Source of the DNA: an uncultured Verrucomicrobiae bacterium
GTDB lineage: Bacteria > Verrucomicrobiota > Verrucomicrobiia > Chthoniobacterales > UBA10450
Length of the DNA stretch: 64,000 nt
Direction of reading: 5' to 3'
NCBI GenBank assembly: GCA_963815455.1
Contig: CAWFGO010000003.1
Span: 1-64,000, forward strand
Shown: positions 20,346-29,753 of the stretch, one piece after another
Layout of the letters: every line of letters starts with the position of its first letter
Numbering within the stretch: position 1 is the stretch's first letter
Made by a program: the position numbers and the translations under genes
The notes under the pieces: generated by a model
Database searches by the model: none
Told to the model about the DNA's origin: nothing
What the model saw: only the letters and a program-made list of their open reading frames with translations

Positions 20346-20834
20346 TCAAGCTGCGGTAACTGACTGCGGACGGAATCGGATCGCGGCCACGATACCAAGC
20401 AAAACGGAAACCGTCAGCACGACGAGCTGCGTGAGTTTGAATGGAGCCTCCGTTTGCGTTGGTGCGACCGCATGTAGAGCGGGAATTTTCTCGAACAATT
20501 GCACGATTAAAACGAAAAGATTGAAATACAGACAGATCACCGCCCCGACGACATAGATCCAGCGCCACGCGCCGGCAAGATGCTTGGCATAACGCGCGAA
20601 TATGGTCACCGCGAGAAATGGCAGCGAGATGATTCCGAGACCGATGGCTGGTGTGAAACCATGGAACGGAAAGAAAAAGCCCGTGACGGTCGTGGCGACG
20701 GCGGTAACGAGGAACCATTTCGTCCAACAGTCGCGGCGATTGCTGGCCAGCATGCCGAATAGAACAACCAAGCCGGCAAAAATCGCGACCAGACTGATCA
20801 GCGTGTGAATAATCGTGTAGATGGGCAGTATCAT
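20346..20834 (-). CDS. Hypothetical membrane protein
   Basis: 162-aa hydrophobic ORF (HTLISLVAI, TGFFFPF, YFNLFVLIVQ). Confidence 0.8.
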   Translation of the reverse strand: MILPIYTIIHTLISLVAIFAGLVVLFGMLASNRRDCWTKWFLVTAVATTVTGFFFPFHGFTPAIGLGIISLPFLAVTIFARYAKHLAGAWRWIYVVGAVICLYFNLFVLIVQLFEKIPALHAVAPTQTEAPFKLTQLVVLTVSVLLGIVAAIRFRPQSVTAA

Positions 20835-21252
20835 GGTTTTCCAATTACATCCGTTTCGGCGCCTGTTGTCACGTTACGTTTCGCTTTGAATGCTCAATTC
20901 GTTTGGACGCGATTTGATCCTGAGCAATCGCGGGCGATTTCGCTTTCGTTATGTGTGGGCCGTGATCGGCATTGAAAAAGCGCGTTGCGAGATCGACCCC
21001 AGGGTTGCCCAGGAGTTATGCCGTGGGTCTTCGGGTAAAATCGCTGCCCGACCAGTACGATGGTGGAGTCATCCAAAAGTGAGCCGACACTGGCATAACG
21101 ATGATACATCGTGGCCTCAGATCGTGCCCGCGATTTCCCCTGTTAATTCGCGCCAATCGGCATTCTCGCCGATTGTTATCGACTCATAACAACGTGACCA
21201 ATAGTCACTTACGCTACAACATGGAGCTCCGATTTTCCACGGGCGTGACTGC

Positions 21253-21268
21253 TGGCACGGATACTGAT
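21253..21268 (+). promoter_or_regulatory. Putative sigma54 (-24/-12) promoter
   Basis: TGGCACGGATACTGAT: perfect TGGCACG -24 box with GG-N10 spacing, but -12 reads GA rather than GC; dyads at 21154-21208 upstream. Confidence 0.5.
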
Positions 21269-21372
21269 AAGCAATAGCCAAACAATGAATGGGCCGAAGG
21301 ACAAGACACTGACTGAAAGAGTCGTTCGGCTCGAATTAACCCACAACAACTGAACAAAAAAGGAAACTAAAG

Positions 21373-21510
21373 ATGCCTGCAAAGAAAAATAAAAAGAAAA
21401 AGGTGAACGTGCGCGATATGAAGCCCGCGAAGGATGCCAAAGGCGGACTCCGTCCTTTGATGGCCCCTACTCAATCAAAGTTGGGCGGCAAGAACGAGGC
21501 CAACCATTAA
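21373..21510 (+). CDS. 45-aa peptide with basic leader ending in KDAKGG (absent from ORF track)
   Basis: MPAKKNKKKKVNVRDMKPAKDAKGG-LRPLMAPTQSKLGGKNEANH*; AAAAGGAAA Shine-Dalgarno-like run upstream; hairpin downstream. Confidence 0.75.
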   Translation: MPAKKNKKKKVNVRDMKPAKDAKGGLRPLMAPTQSKLGGKNEANH

Positions 21511-21538
21511 CGGCTAACATTCGCCCCAACAAACAACC

Positions 21539-21565
21539 CGCCCTGCGGTTCCAGCCCGCAGAGCG
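21539..21565. terminator. Putative terminator hairpin
   Basis: CGCCCTGCGG-N7-CCGCAGAGCG (9/10 paired) between convergent genes; weak U-tract. Confidence 0.45.
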
Positions 21566-21643
21566 TGAGTAGTCCCAGTGTTTAGAGTGCTTCGGGGTTT
21601 TCTACGACGAAGGCCCCTGCTTCAATTTTATCGCTGGTTGGCC

Positions 21644-23269
21644 CTAGGGATATGTTTTCAGAATGCGCTCGACTTCTTTGATCGCCTCGTATTTGCGCAG
21701 TGCCATATGATTCGAAGGGAGGATCAGCTCGGATTGCGCTCCGTCCAAATGCGAACTCCAATATGGCACCACGCCGTCTGAGCTGTTTGGCGTGTCGCCC
21801 CGGCCGCGGTCGCCGATGATCGAGTGATACACAATGCCGGGGGCGATCGGCAGCTTGTTTACCGCGAGCACAAACCGGTCGTTGGGCTCAAGTGTATCAA
21901 CACTGTTTGGGATGCGATTGAGTTTTCGCGCGTCCGGATCGGCGATCAGCAACGGCTTGGCCGAGGCATAAACTGGCGCCATAAAGCGCGGCGCTTTGAC
22001 CAGAGCCGCTCCGATGCGACCGATCCAGCTTGAAGCGATCTTACTGCCGCGGTGAGGCGTCGAAATGAAGATGACCCGCTGAACCTCGCGCCGGTGATTG
22101 AAGACAAGCGATTTCTCGAGCAAATCGCGGGTCGCCGGCGCCATTGGTGTCTTTGCCGGCGGGGTCGCAAAAAACTCACGCCAGATTTTGTCTCCCGCAT
22201 CGGTGACCATTAACCGGCAAATCATTCCGCCCATGCTGTGCCCGATCAGAATCACGGGTTTGTGGTTAGGAAACTCGCGGGTGATCCCGTCGAGATCCTC
22301 CCGAAGCAGCGATGCCGAATAGGGATACGGATAGCCGCTTGGGTAGCTGAAGACCCAGAACTGGTAATGTTCCCTAATCCACGGATCGTCGCGCAACGAG
22401 TTGATCATTGGAGCCCAGCCCGCCGGCGTGTCCTGTAAACCGTGAACAAAGATCACCGGCGTGCGTCTTGGATCGAATTGCTGCAATTGGATCAATGCCG
22501 CGGTATTCGCATACTTTTCGGGACGGAAAACCCGGGCAAATCCAATTCGTTCCGGTCGTTCTCGGGCAATGAGCATCGCCATCGAAGCGCTAAGATCGAC
22601 AGCCAGCGGGAAGCGGTGATTGGCCAAGGTGGCGTGTTCGTTCAGCAAAGGATCGACAAAATTCAATTCCGCCCGGCGTCCATCAAATTTGATTACTGCG
22701 GTAACGGGCGCGTAGACACGACGAAGCTGATAGCGCCGACGAAACTGTGGATTATCTCGGCGCCCAACTGCAACGAGCGGCGCTCCGATCCCGCTCTGCC
22801 CCGAGCGGGTCTTAAAAAATGTGCCGCCGATCTTTAAACTGTCGGTCGGGAATACATCGTATCGACTCGGATCGTGTTCCGGATCGATGGGCTTGAGTGT
22901 CGTTAATGTGTAATTGTTCCAATCGTTAACGATGTCGATCTTATGCTGCCATGGTTGAATCTTCGCGCGCTCAATATTCTCCATGGCCCGGGCAACGGAA
23001 AAGTTATAAATATTTAGCGCGGCGGGGTCGTTAGGCCGTTGCTCCAAGAGATGAATGGAAATCTTCGCGGCCGAGAGATCATTGCCAAGCGCGATTAACG
23101 GCTGCGCTTGCTCCGCTGCGGCCAGGTGCTGCCGCGCGCGTGTGAGTGCATCTTCGCTTACGGCGATCGTTGGAACGCGCGGCTCGATTGTTTTCACCGT
23201 TGCCAAATGGGCGCAGCCGCACCAGCCGAAGATCGACAAGGCAACAAAGATATTCTTCCACGACTTCAT
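21644..23269 (-). CDS. Lipase/esterase-type alpha/beta hydrolase, probable lipoprotein
   Basis: Lipobox-like WCGC; FVHGL, GHSMGG, STPHRGS, SDGVVPY.S, NH; start overlaps the upstream stop (ATGA). Confidence 0.87.
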   Translation of the reverse strand: MKSWKNIFVALSIFGWCGCAHLATVKTIEPRVPTIAVSEDALTRARQHLAAAEQAQPLIALGNDLSAAKISIHLLEQRPNDPAALNIYNFSVARAMENIERAKIQPWQHKIDIVNDWNNYTLTTLKPIDPEHDPSRYDVFPTDSLKIGGTFFKTRSGQSGIGAPLVAVGRRDNPQFRRRYQLRRVYAPVTAVIKFDGRRAELNFVDPLLNEHATLANHRFPLAVDLSASMAMLIARERPERIGFARVFRPEKYANTAALIQLQQFDPRRTPVIFVHGLQDTPAGWAPMINSLRDDPWIREHYQFWVFSYPSGYPYPYSASLLREDLDGITREFPNHKPVILIGHSMGGMICRLMVTDAGDKIWREFFATPPAKTPMAPATRDLLEKSLVFNHRREVQRVIFISTPHRGSKIASSWIGRIGAALVKAPRFMAPVYASAKPLLIADPDARKLNRIPNSVDTLEPNDRFVLAVNKLPIAPGIVYHSIIGDRGRGDTPNSSDGVVPYWSSHLDGAQSELILPSNHMALRKYEAIKEVERILKTYP

Positions 23270-24405
23270 GTTTGGCTTCGCCATGCGATTCGAGCGCGCT
23301 CTGGCCAAATGTAATGGAAGATGAGCCCGGTGACGATGAGACCAAAAAGGATTCCGACCACGCGGTTGCGGACGTTATCGAGATCGGTATCGGGCGCGTA
23401 TTCTTGAAAGATGCTGTAGAAGAATGCGAAGGCGATTTGCAGCCCGGCATAACTGATCCACTCGCTTCCGGCCGCGACCCAGCCCGCGATGGCGGCGGCA
23501 CAAGCGACGAGCACGACGAGCGATGCGATGGTTTCCATATGTGGCATAAGGAACACGATGGAGAACAACGCGAGCGCTCCGCCGATGACGCAACCGACGA
23601 TTCGTAACGTTCCTTTATAGAGTGTTGCCTCAGTGCTCTCGAGCGCGATGAACGTGCAGGTAATGAACGCGGTGTGGATTCCCGACCAATCGATCGCCTC
23701 ATAAGCGATGTAGCAAAACATCGCGGCGAAAGTGACCTTGAGAGCGAAGTGCACGTGCGCGGGATTGGTAAAGGCGTCTGGCACAAACAAACTCTTCGGT
23801 TTCGGATGCGACAATTCGCTCGGCGTGTCCGGCAAAAACAACAAATTCAGCACGACGGTGATCGCGATAGCGTAGGCCAGCGCCACCCACAGCCACAAAA
23901 GGCCCCGAACCAAGAACTCGGGTGACGGAATCGCTTCGCCAACGGATTGCGAGACAGCAACGACAAAGCCAAGAAGGAACCCGAGTTGCCCGATTATAAG
24001 AGCGCGGGACAACCACATTCCAAGAAACAGCGCGACTGCCATTCCGGGAATGCGCAGTTCCGGATGACCATACGTGAACTTGTATAGTAGAAGAGTGGCG
24101 ACAATGCCGATGCTCAGAACAAGAATTCCACCGACTCCGGTAATCTTCGTGAGTAGCTTGCTCTCTTTAGAGATGAAGAAAACCATGTAGGCGCTGGTAG
24201 CTAGCTCCGGCACTTGAAGAGCCATCGAAATGATCACGATCAAAACCGCGCCACCGACCATGATAGCCGTTCGGATTTTGCGCGGAGGCGTCGGCGCCAG
24301 CTCGCTCTTTAGCCAACCGATCCAATCGGAATCACTCGGATTCGAACTCGCCACGGCGAGTCTTCGACCAGACTGCGGGAATGCCTGGGGAAATGTCTGA
24401 CTCAT
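23266..24405 (-). CDS. FUSC/MdtO-like inner membrane efflux component, compact
   Basis: ELAP...R, DAFTNP.HV.FALK, DWSGIHT..ITC, Y.GLQIAFAF, RNRVVGIL.G. Confidence 0.85.
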   Translation of the reverse strand: MSQTFPQAFPQSGRRLAVASSNPSDSDWIGWLKSELAPTPPRKIRTAIMVGGAVLIVIISMALQVPELATSAYMVFFISKESKLLTKITGVGGILVLSIGIVATLLLYKFTYGHPELRIPGMAVALFLGMWLSRALIIGQLGFLLGFVVAVSQSVGEAIPSPEFLVRGLLWLWVALAYAIAITVVLNLLFLPDTPSELSHPKPKSLFVPDAFTNPAHVHFALKVTFAAMFCYIAYEAIDWSGIHTAFITCTFIALESTEATLYKGTLRIVGCVIGGALALFSIVFLMPHMETIASLVVLVACAAAIAGWVAAGSEWISYAGLQIAFAFFYSIFQEYAPDTDLDNVRNRVVGILFGLIVTGLIFHYIWPERARIAWRSQT

Positions 24406-24409
24406 GGAA

Positions 24410-25339
24410 TTATTTGGGCGGAGGACCTTTGATGATCGCGACCGCGGATGCGCCCATGCGGAAAAGATTTTGATCCGGATTTTCGACTTCGATGCGAACC
24501 GGGAATCGTTGCGCGACACGGACCCAGTTCAGTTCGCGCTTCACATACGGCACGCCCGAAGGAGGCAAATCGATCTCGCCTTCTGGCTTCACTGCCCATC
24601 CGATTCCCTGCACTTTTCCGCGGAAGCGTTGGTTAGGTGCGGACGAAAGATAGACTATGGCTTCGCTGCCCGGAGCCATGTGGCGAACTTCCGCTTCGCG
24701 AAAATTTGCGATGACGTACCATTTGCTCGTGTCGAGCAACGAGAAGACGGGAACCCCGGCGGTAACATGGGCGCCGGCCGAAATGTTGAGATTGATGACA
24801 CGTCCGGAAAAAGGTGCGACGACGTTGCAGTAGGACAGATGCAGTTCCTCGAGATTGATGGCCGCCACCGCGCCTTCGCGCTGAGCTTGCAGGGTTGTCT
24901 CTTTAGTTCGGGCCTGATCGACGGACTCAGCGGTCGCAAAACCATTGGGCAGGAGCGGTTCCAGGCGCTTCAAGGTGTCACGGGCCTGTGCAATCTGTTG
25001 ATCTAGAGCGGCCAATTCCGCCTTAGCCCTTGCCAGGATGAGCTTGTAATCCTCTGGATCGATTTCGAAAAGCACGTCACCCTCCTTTACCGCCTGGTTA
25101 TCCTGCACATTCAGCTTGAGGATTTGACCGCTCACCCGCGGGGCAATGCCCACCACGTTGGCGCGCGCGTGCGCGTCGTCCGTCCGCGGATGCCGTTCGA
25201 CGACGGCCCACACGTAAAGCGTGATGACGACCGCCGCGGCCGTGATGACCACAGCAACAATTCCGCGAATGTACTTCCGGCGTCCGACATCCTCCGCCGT
25301 CGCGCCAGGGTTTATTTGAGATGTGGGCTGATCGTGCAT
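24410..25339 (-). CDS. HlyD-family membrane fusion protein (MdtN-like)
   Basis: PRTDDA, ANFRE, WVRVAQRFPVRI, FRMGASAV. Confidence 0.92.
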   Translation of the reverse strand: MHDQPTSQINPGATAEDVGRRKYIRGIVAVVITAAAVVITLYVWAVVERHPRTDDAHARANVVGIAPRVSGQILKLNVQDNQAVKEGDVLFEIDPEDYKLILARAKAELAALDQQIAQARDTLKRLEPLLPNGFATAESVDQARTKETTLQAQREGAVAAINLEELHLSYCNVVAPFSGRVINLNISAGAHVTAGVPVFSLLDTSKWYVIANFREAEVRHMAPGSEAIVYLSSAPNQRFRGKVQGIGWAVKPEGEIDLPPSGVPYVKRELNWVRVAQRFPVRIEVENPDQNLFRMGASAVAIIKGPPPK

Positions 25340-25346
25340 GGTCGAT

Positions 25347-25634
25347 TCAATTCCGGTAAAACAGGATCCAGGTGCCGAATGTGAAAATGATCATCAGGCC
25401 CGAGTAAATCAACGGCGCCGGTCCGAAATATGGCTCCCACCGGCACGCCTTGATCAACCAGCGGGTCACCAGCGTCAGGGCCAGTCCGCTCAAGATGCAA
25501 ATCATCCACGCGGGAAAATACGACCCGAGGATATCGATCGTGGGTGAATGATGACTGAACAATTGCATCGCGAGGAAAAAGACCACGAGCAGCGCAGCAC
25601 CTGCCGTCACAATTCCAAGAATCCAAGTTTTCAT
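25347..25634 (-). CDS. YtcA-like small membrane protein
   Basis: SPTIDILGSYFPAWMICIL.G; position just before the mdtN-like gene. Confidence 0.85.
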   Translation of the reverse strand: MKTWILGIVTAGAALLVVFFLAMQLFSHHSPTIDILGSYFPAWMICILSGLALTLVTRWLIKACRWEPYFGPAPLIYSGLMIIFTFGTWILFYRN

Positions 25635-27186
25635 CTTTCCACAGGTCTAACCGGTCTGCCTTCATGCATGGAAGGTCGAGCCAATTCGCCAGTGCTCAGT
25701 GCCACCGCCGCCGCAGTGGTAAAAATCGCGGCCTGGGTGTCGTGACTCACGCTCCGGGCCGAGGCAAGATTCCGTTGCGCGTTAACAATCTCGGGATAAG
25801 TGCCCAGTCCGTGTTGATAAGATTCGAGAACTGAATCGAACGCATTCTGTGACGCTGTTAGAAGCTTGGCTGCCGATTCTTGTTTGCGCAGAGCTGTCTT
25901 GAAATCGGTATAAGCTTTCCAAACTTCGCGCACCGCTGCATCGCGAGCGCCAGCCAGTTCGTTTTCCGCGGCCCGCAGTTCCGCCTTTGCGATATCCATC
26001 TGCCGATCGCGCGCGAAGCCGTCGAAGATCGGGACTTCGATTGTGAGAAAGGCGCCGAAGGTTGGCCTCGTGTCGCCGAAATATTTTGAATTCGCGATGC
26101 TGACGTCGAGCTCGGTTTCGCTGGCGTGTCCGGCAAACGCAACCTTTGGGTAATATTCCGCCCGCACTTTTTGAATTTCGTATTCCCTGGCGTGAACGGC
26201 GGCGAGCCTGGCTACAAGATCTGGTCGGTGGGCCAGCGCCTGGTCGATCAATTCATTGACCGAACGATCGGTCTCAACAAACGAAGATCTCTGGCCGAGA
26301 TCGGCTACTTTGAGCGGAACGGTCGGCAGAATTCCAATGCTTTCGACGAGCGCTACTCTGGCATCGCTTTCAGCACCAACAGCGGCTTCAACATCAAATG
26401 CCGATTGTGCTGCCTGTTGTTGAGCTTGAAGTAGTTCCGGCGTGGTCGCTAATTGGTTATCTACCCGGGCCTGGACAGCTTGTTCGACGGTCTGAGCAGC
26501 CTGTGATGCGCTCTGGGCCACGAGGATTTTTTGCCGGGCGGTGCCAAGCTTGTAGAAACGATCTGTTACTTCAAAAACGATCTTTTGGTGCGTCCCGTTA
26601 AAGCCGACATTTGCCATCATTAAACGTTCTCTCGCCGCCCTAACGACCGCAGTGCGCTCGCCAAAGTCGAGCAACAGCCACTTCGCATTGAGCTCCGCGC
26701 GGTAGACGCGCGCCTCGGTCACGAGCGAGCCCCGCCGGTGACTTTAACGCTGCCAAGACCCTGAGTAATCAATCGATCCGGATCAACCGCGAGCGTCGGG
26801 AATGGAATGAAGGCCCGATCGTACCCGGCAGCCGCGGATGCGACCAAATAAGGATAGTATGCGCTTTCGCTCAAACCAACCGCCGCCGCCGCCTGCCGCG
26901 CCCGCTCCCATGCCACGCGCGTATCGGGATTATTTCGTTGGGCGATGTCGATCAATTCCGCCAGGCCGTAAACTTTTAGAGGGTTGATCGAAATCTTCGC
27001 GTTTCCTTCCGGTTCGGCCCGGCTTCGCTCAGCGAGCTCCGTTTCGTATTTCGGAAGATTTGGGGGCGTCCATGGTCGGTCAGAGGATGGGGGCGGATCA
27101 TTCCGCGCCTGCACGACGCTGACCGTGAGAACAATCTGGCCGATGAGCACTCGCAAGGTCCACTGGCTGGCTTTAGTGTGCTTCAT
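25631..27186 (-). CDS. TolC-family outer membrane factor, frameshift near 26730
   Basis: LAELIDIAQRNNPDTRVAWE.ARQAA, HRPDL, PIFDG, Y..GLG; ORFs 26719-27210 and 25631-26722 join at VTGG(G)SLVTEAR. Confidence 0.9.
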
Positions 27187-27474
27187 TTGGACCTCCCATC
27201 GATATTTCAAGTTTCCGCAGGCCGAAATTTCAGAAATCGCTCACGATTTCGGCCGGCCTGATGGTCAGCTGCGTAACCCGGCAAACTGGCGCCAGTTGTG
27301 CGGCCGATCACTTCGGCCTGATGGTGGCCACCAAAAGTCGAAATTGCAATTGAATTGGTTCCACGCCGATGTTGTCGTGACGGCTTTGCTGGGTCGTCAT
27401 TGACACCTTCGAGGTCGACGAGATCGAGCGGTACCATGTTGCCTCGACGTTGGATTTCGCCGCTTTGGCAATCG

Positions 27475-27732
27475 TTAGCCGATCCAGAGTTCGACCCATA
27501 CATAGAGCAGACGAAATGTAAGAAAGAACCACGGAATGCCGAGCACGATCGCCTGTAACTGGCGAGTCGCCGACTGATCGCCGGTAGCGGTCAAATCGGG
27601 ACCGAAAAGTTGTCGCCGGTGATGCCAAGCCCAGGCGCCGGCGAGTAGATTGATGATGATAAACAGGGCTCCGCCAATTCGCAATGCCGGAAGAGCTGAT
27701 GGAACAATTGCTGCCAGGAATATCGTTTTCAT
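27475..27732 (-). CDS. Small two-TM membrane protein, copy 1
   Basis: GALFIIINLLAG...LFG.D....GD..ATR.LQ...IPW.FLT.RL; paralog at 37034-37297. Confidence 0.78.
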   Translation of the reverse strand: MKTIFLAAIVPSALPALRIGGALFIIINLLAGAWAWHHRRQLFGPDLTATGDQSATRQLQAIVLGIPWFFLTFRLLYVWVELWIG

Positions 27733-27765
27733 GACCAGACTATCGAATCGCCCGCGGCCTTTCGG

Positions 27766-27819
27766 GAAAGACTATGTTTCTTGCCTCAGCATAATTAACA
27801 GACATACTGCTTCTCAGCC
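27766..27819. promoter_or_regulatory. Divergent promoter/operator shared with 37331-37384
   Basis: 54 bp with 3 differences between copies; TTGCCT-N16-CATACT ends 11 bp before the LysR GTG. Confidence 0.55.
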
Positions 27820-28713
27820 GTGGAACTGAGGCACCTGCGCTACTTTGTTGCCGTGGCGGAGATGGAAAACGTCTCACGCGCGGCGCTCAAGCTGCATGTC
27901 TCGCAGCCGGCCTTAAGCCGGCAAATCCGCGATCTCGAAGACGAAATTGGATTTTGCCTGCTCGAACGCACGGCCAAGTCAGTTCGGTTGACCGATGCAG
28001 GCCGCGCGTTTCTCGACAATGCGCGCGCCTTGTTGCAAAACGCGGACGAAGCCGTCACCAAAGCGCGCGCCATTGCAGGCAAACAGGAATTGCGCGTTGG
28101 CGATTGGCCGATTGCGACCGCGCGGATAATGCCGAGGCTTCTCCGTGCTTATCAAAAAGCCATGCCGAATGTGCACGTGAAGCTGCACGACTGGAATGTG
28201 GAAAAAAACGTGGCCGGGGTGCGCGATGGCCGACTGCAACTTGCGATCTCAATTCCGCCACTCAATTCAAATGCGCTAGGTGACCTGCGCTTTGAAGAGT
28301 TTCTGACGGTGCGCGTTTGTCTCGCCGTTGCAGATAATCATCCCTTCGCGCGGCGCCGGTCAGTTTCCCTGGCGGAGGCGGCGCGGGAACCTTTCATTGG
28401 ACTCATGCCCGAGGACTATCCTCAATACGAGGTATACCTTGCTGCTACCTTCGCCAAAGTAAGTGATAAACCGCGCGTCGTGGAAGAGCACGACGGCTGG
28501 GCCGGGGTTTTTTCGGCCGTCGCAGCCGGCGCAGGAGTGACCATTGCTTCAGACGGGTTCACTAACCCGTTTGATGCTCGAGTAAAACTTCTACGACTAA
28601 CGCCCGAACCAAAGCGCGTCTCGATTGGAATCATTACCCGCAAAGGAAAACTCAGCCCGGCTGCGGAAAAGTTCTGCCAATGCGCGAAAGAGGCGTTCAT
28701 CGACCTGCGTTAG
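27820..28713 (+). CDS. LysR family regulator, copy 1
   Basis: MELRHLRYFVAVAE...AA.KLHVSQPALSRQIRDLE HTH plus effector domain. Confidence 0.96.
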   Translation: MELRHLRYFVAVAEMENVSRAALKLHVSQPALSRQIRDLEDEIGFCLLERTAKSVRLTDAGRAFLDNARALLQNADEAVTKARAIAGKQELRVGDWPIATARIMPRLLRAYQKAMPNVHVKLHDWNVEKNVAGVRDGRLQLAISIPPLNSNALGDLRFEEFLTVRVCLAVADNHPFARRRSVSLAEAAREPFIGLMPEDYPQYEVYLAATFAKVSDKPRVVEEHDGWAGVFSAVAAGAGVTIASDGFTNPFDARVKLLRLTPEPKRVSIGIITRKGKLSPAAEKFCQCAKEAFIDLR

Positions 28714-28729
28714 GTGACGCGAATAACGC

Positions 28730-29065
28730 ATGGATACGAACGAACCATCGCAGCTAGACAGCGCGATCCTAGGCGAAATCCAGGTGCTCCTGGCCGAGAA
28801 ACGAACTGCGCTCTCTTCTCTGCGCACCGGCATCGCGGTGTTCGCCTTGCCACTGTCCGTGCTTAGCGTGCTCATCGCAACCTCCCGCTACTACGACATC
28901 GTGGCCGTGTTGCCGTTCCTGGTGCCCCTGCTGCTACTGAATCTCGGGCTCGTCGTGCTCGGCTCCTGGCTGATTCATCACGCAATCCATCGTATTCACC
29001 ATTACGATCAGCTGATCCGAAATCTCAGGCAGAAGTATCGGTCGATCGCCGAGTTTGTAGATTAG
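28730..29065 (+). CDS. Small membrane protein (DUF202-like)
   Basis: LLAEKRTALSSLRTGIA followed by two TM segments. Confidence 0.7.
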   Translation: MDTNEPSQLDSAILGEIQVLLAEKRTALSSLRTGIAVFALPLSVLSVLIATSRYYDIVAVLPFLVPLLLLNLGLVVLGSWLIHHAIHRIHHYDQLIRNLRQKYRSIAEFVD

Positions 29066-29212
29066 GACCACCGACTTCTCGTCACGATCGCCGTGAGCCG
29101 GTAAGTGTTAAAGTATGACAGAGTCCGTCGCCAATGTTGTGTTATGAGACAACTCTCACGCAGTCTGAATAGCGCTAGTGATCAGGGGATCGGCCGTAAT
29201 CCCAGGGGTTTC

Positions 29213-29753
29213 TTAGCAAATGGGGTCATGAACTGCTGCGAGGCGCTTCACAACATCGGCGACAAACCTGCGCCATTTCTTCTTGCCGTGCTTTTTCAAT
29301 CCCCGGATGCCGACATAATCCTCGAAGGTAGCCTTTTTATAAGGCAGATGACCCAATTCCATCGGCTCGACCATACCATCGACAATCATTGTGGATCCGA
29401 GACCCGTTCCAAGACCGAGGAACAACATCTTCCCGCCCCTATAGCTCCCGAGCGCCTGCATTGCTGCATCGTTCACGACCCTTACGGGGCACTTGAAGGC
29501 TGCTTCGAAATCGAAACCCGCCCATCCTTTTCCTAGATTCCAGGGCTCCCGAACCGGCCGGTTCCGAAGAACCGGGGCTGGAAACCCAATGGAGATCGCG
29601 TCGTACCTCCCAGTCCGCCACCAGCTCCCGCACTCCGGCAACCATCCGCTTTGGCGTCAACTCTGGTCCAGAATCAAACTCACGATGCGCTTTCTTACCC
29701 GTCGCCAGGACTTTCACGTGCGTGCCACCGACATCAATCACCAGGACTTTCAT
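29213..29753 (-). pseudogene. ROK family kinase (polyphosphate glucokinase-like), frameshifted and 3'-truncated
   Basis: IDVGGTHVK, NDAAMQALG, LGLGTGLGS, ELGHL; ends at RLAAVHDPIC* before the expected GGG ATP-binding segment. Confidence 0.78.

Noticed and set aside
20890..21189. 99-aa plus-strand ORF in the intergenic gap
   Set aside because: No recognisable motif or RBS, and it overlaps the dyad-rich regulatory region.
21285..21353. 22-codon ORF MNGPKDKTLTERVVRLELTHNN ahead of the peptide gene
   Set aside because: No RBS and no recognisable features; more likely 5' untranslated sequence.
26715..26740. Programmed frameshift in tolC
   Set aside because: The paralogous copy reads VTGGGSLVTEA in frame, which points to a single-base indel in a G/C run.
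29066..29230. Structured ncRNA or IS end between the DUF202-like gene and the ROK remnant
   Set aside because: No recognisable RNA family, terminal inverted repeat or target duplication.
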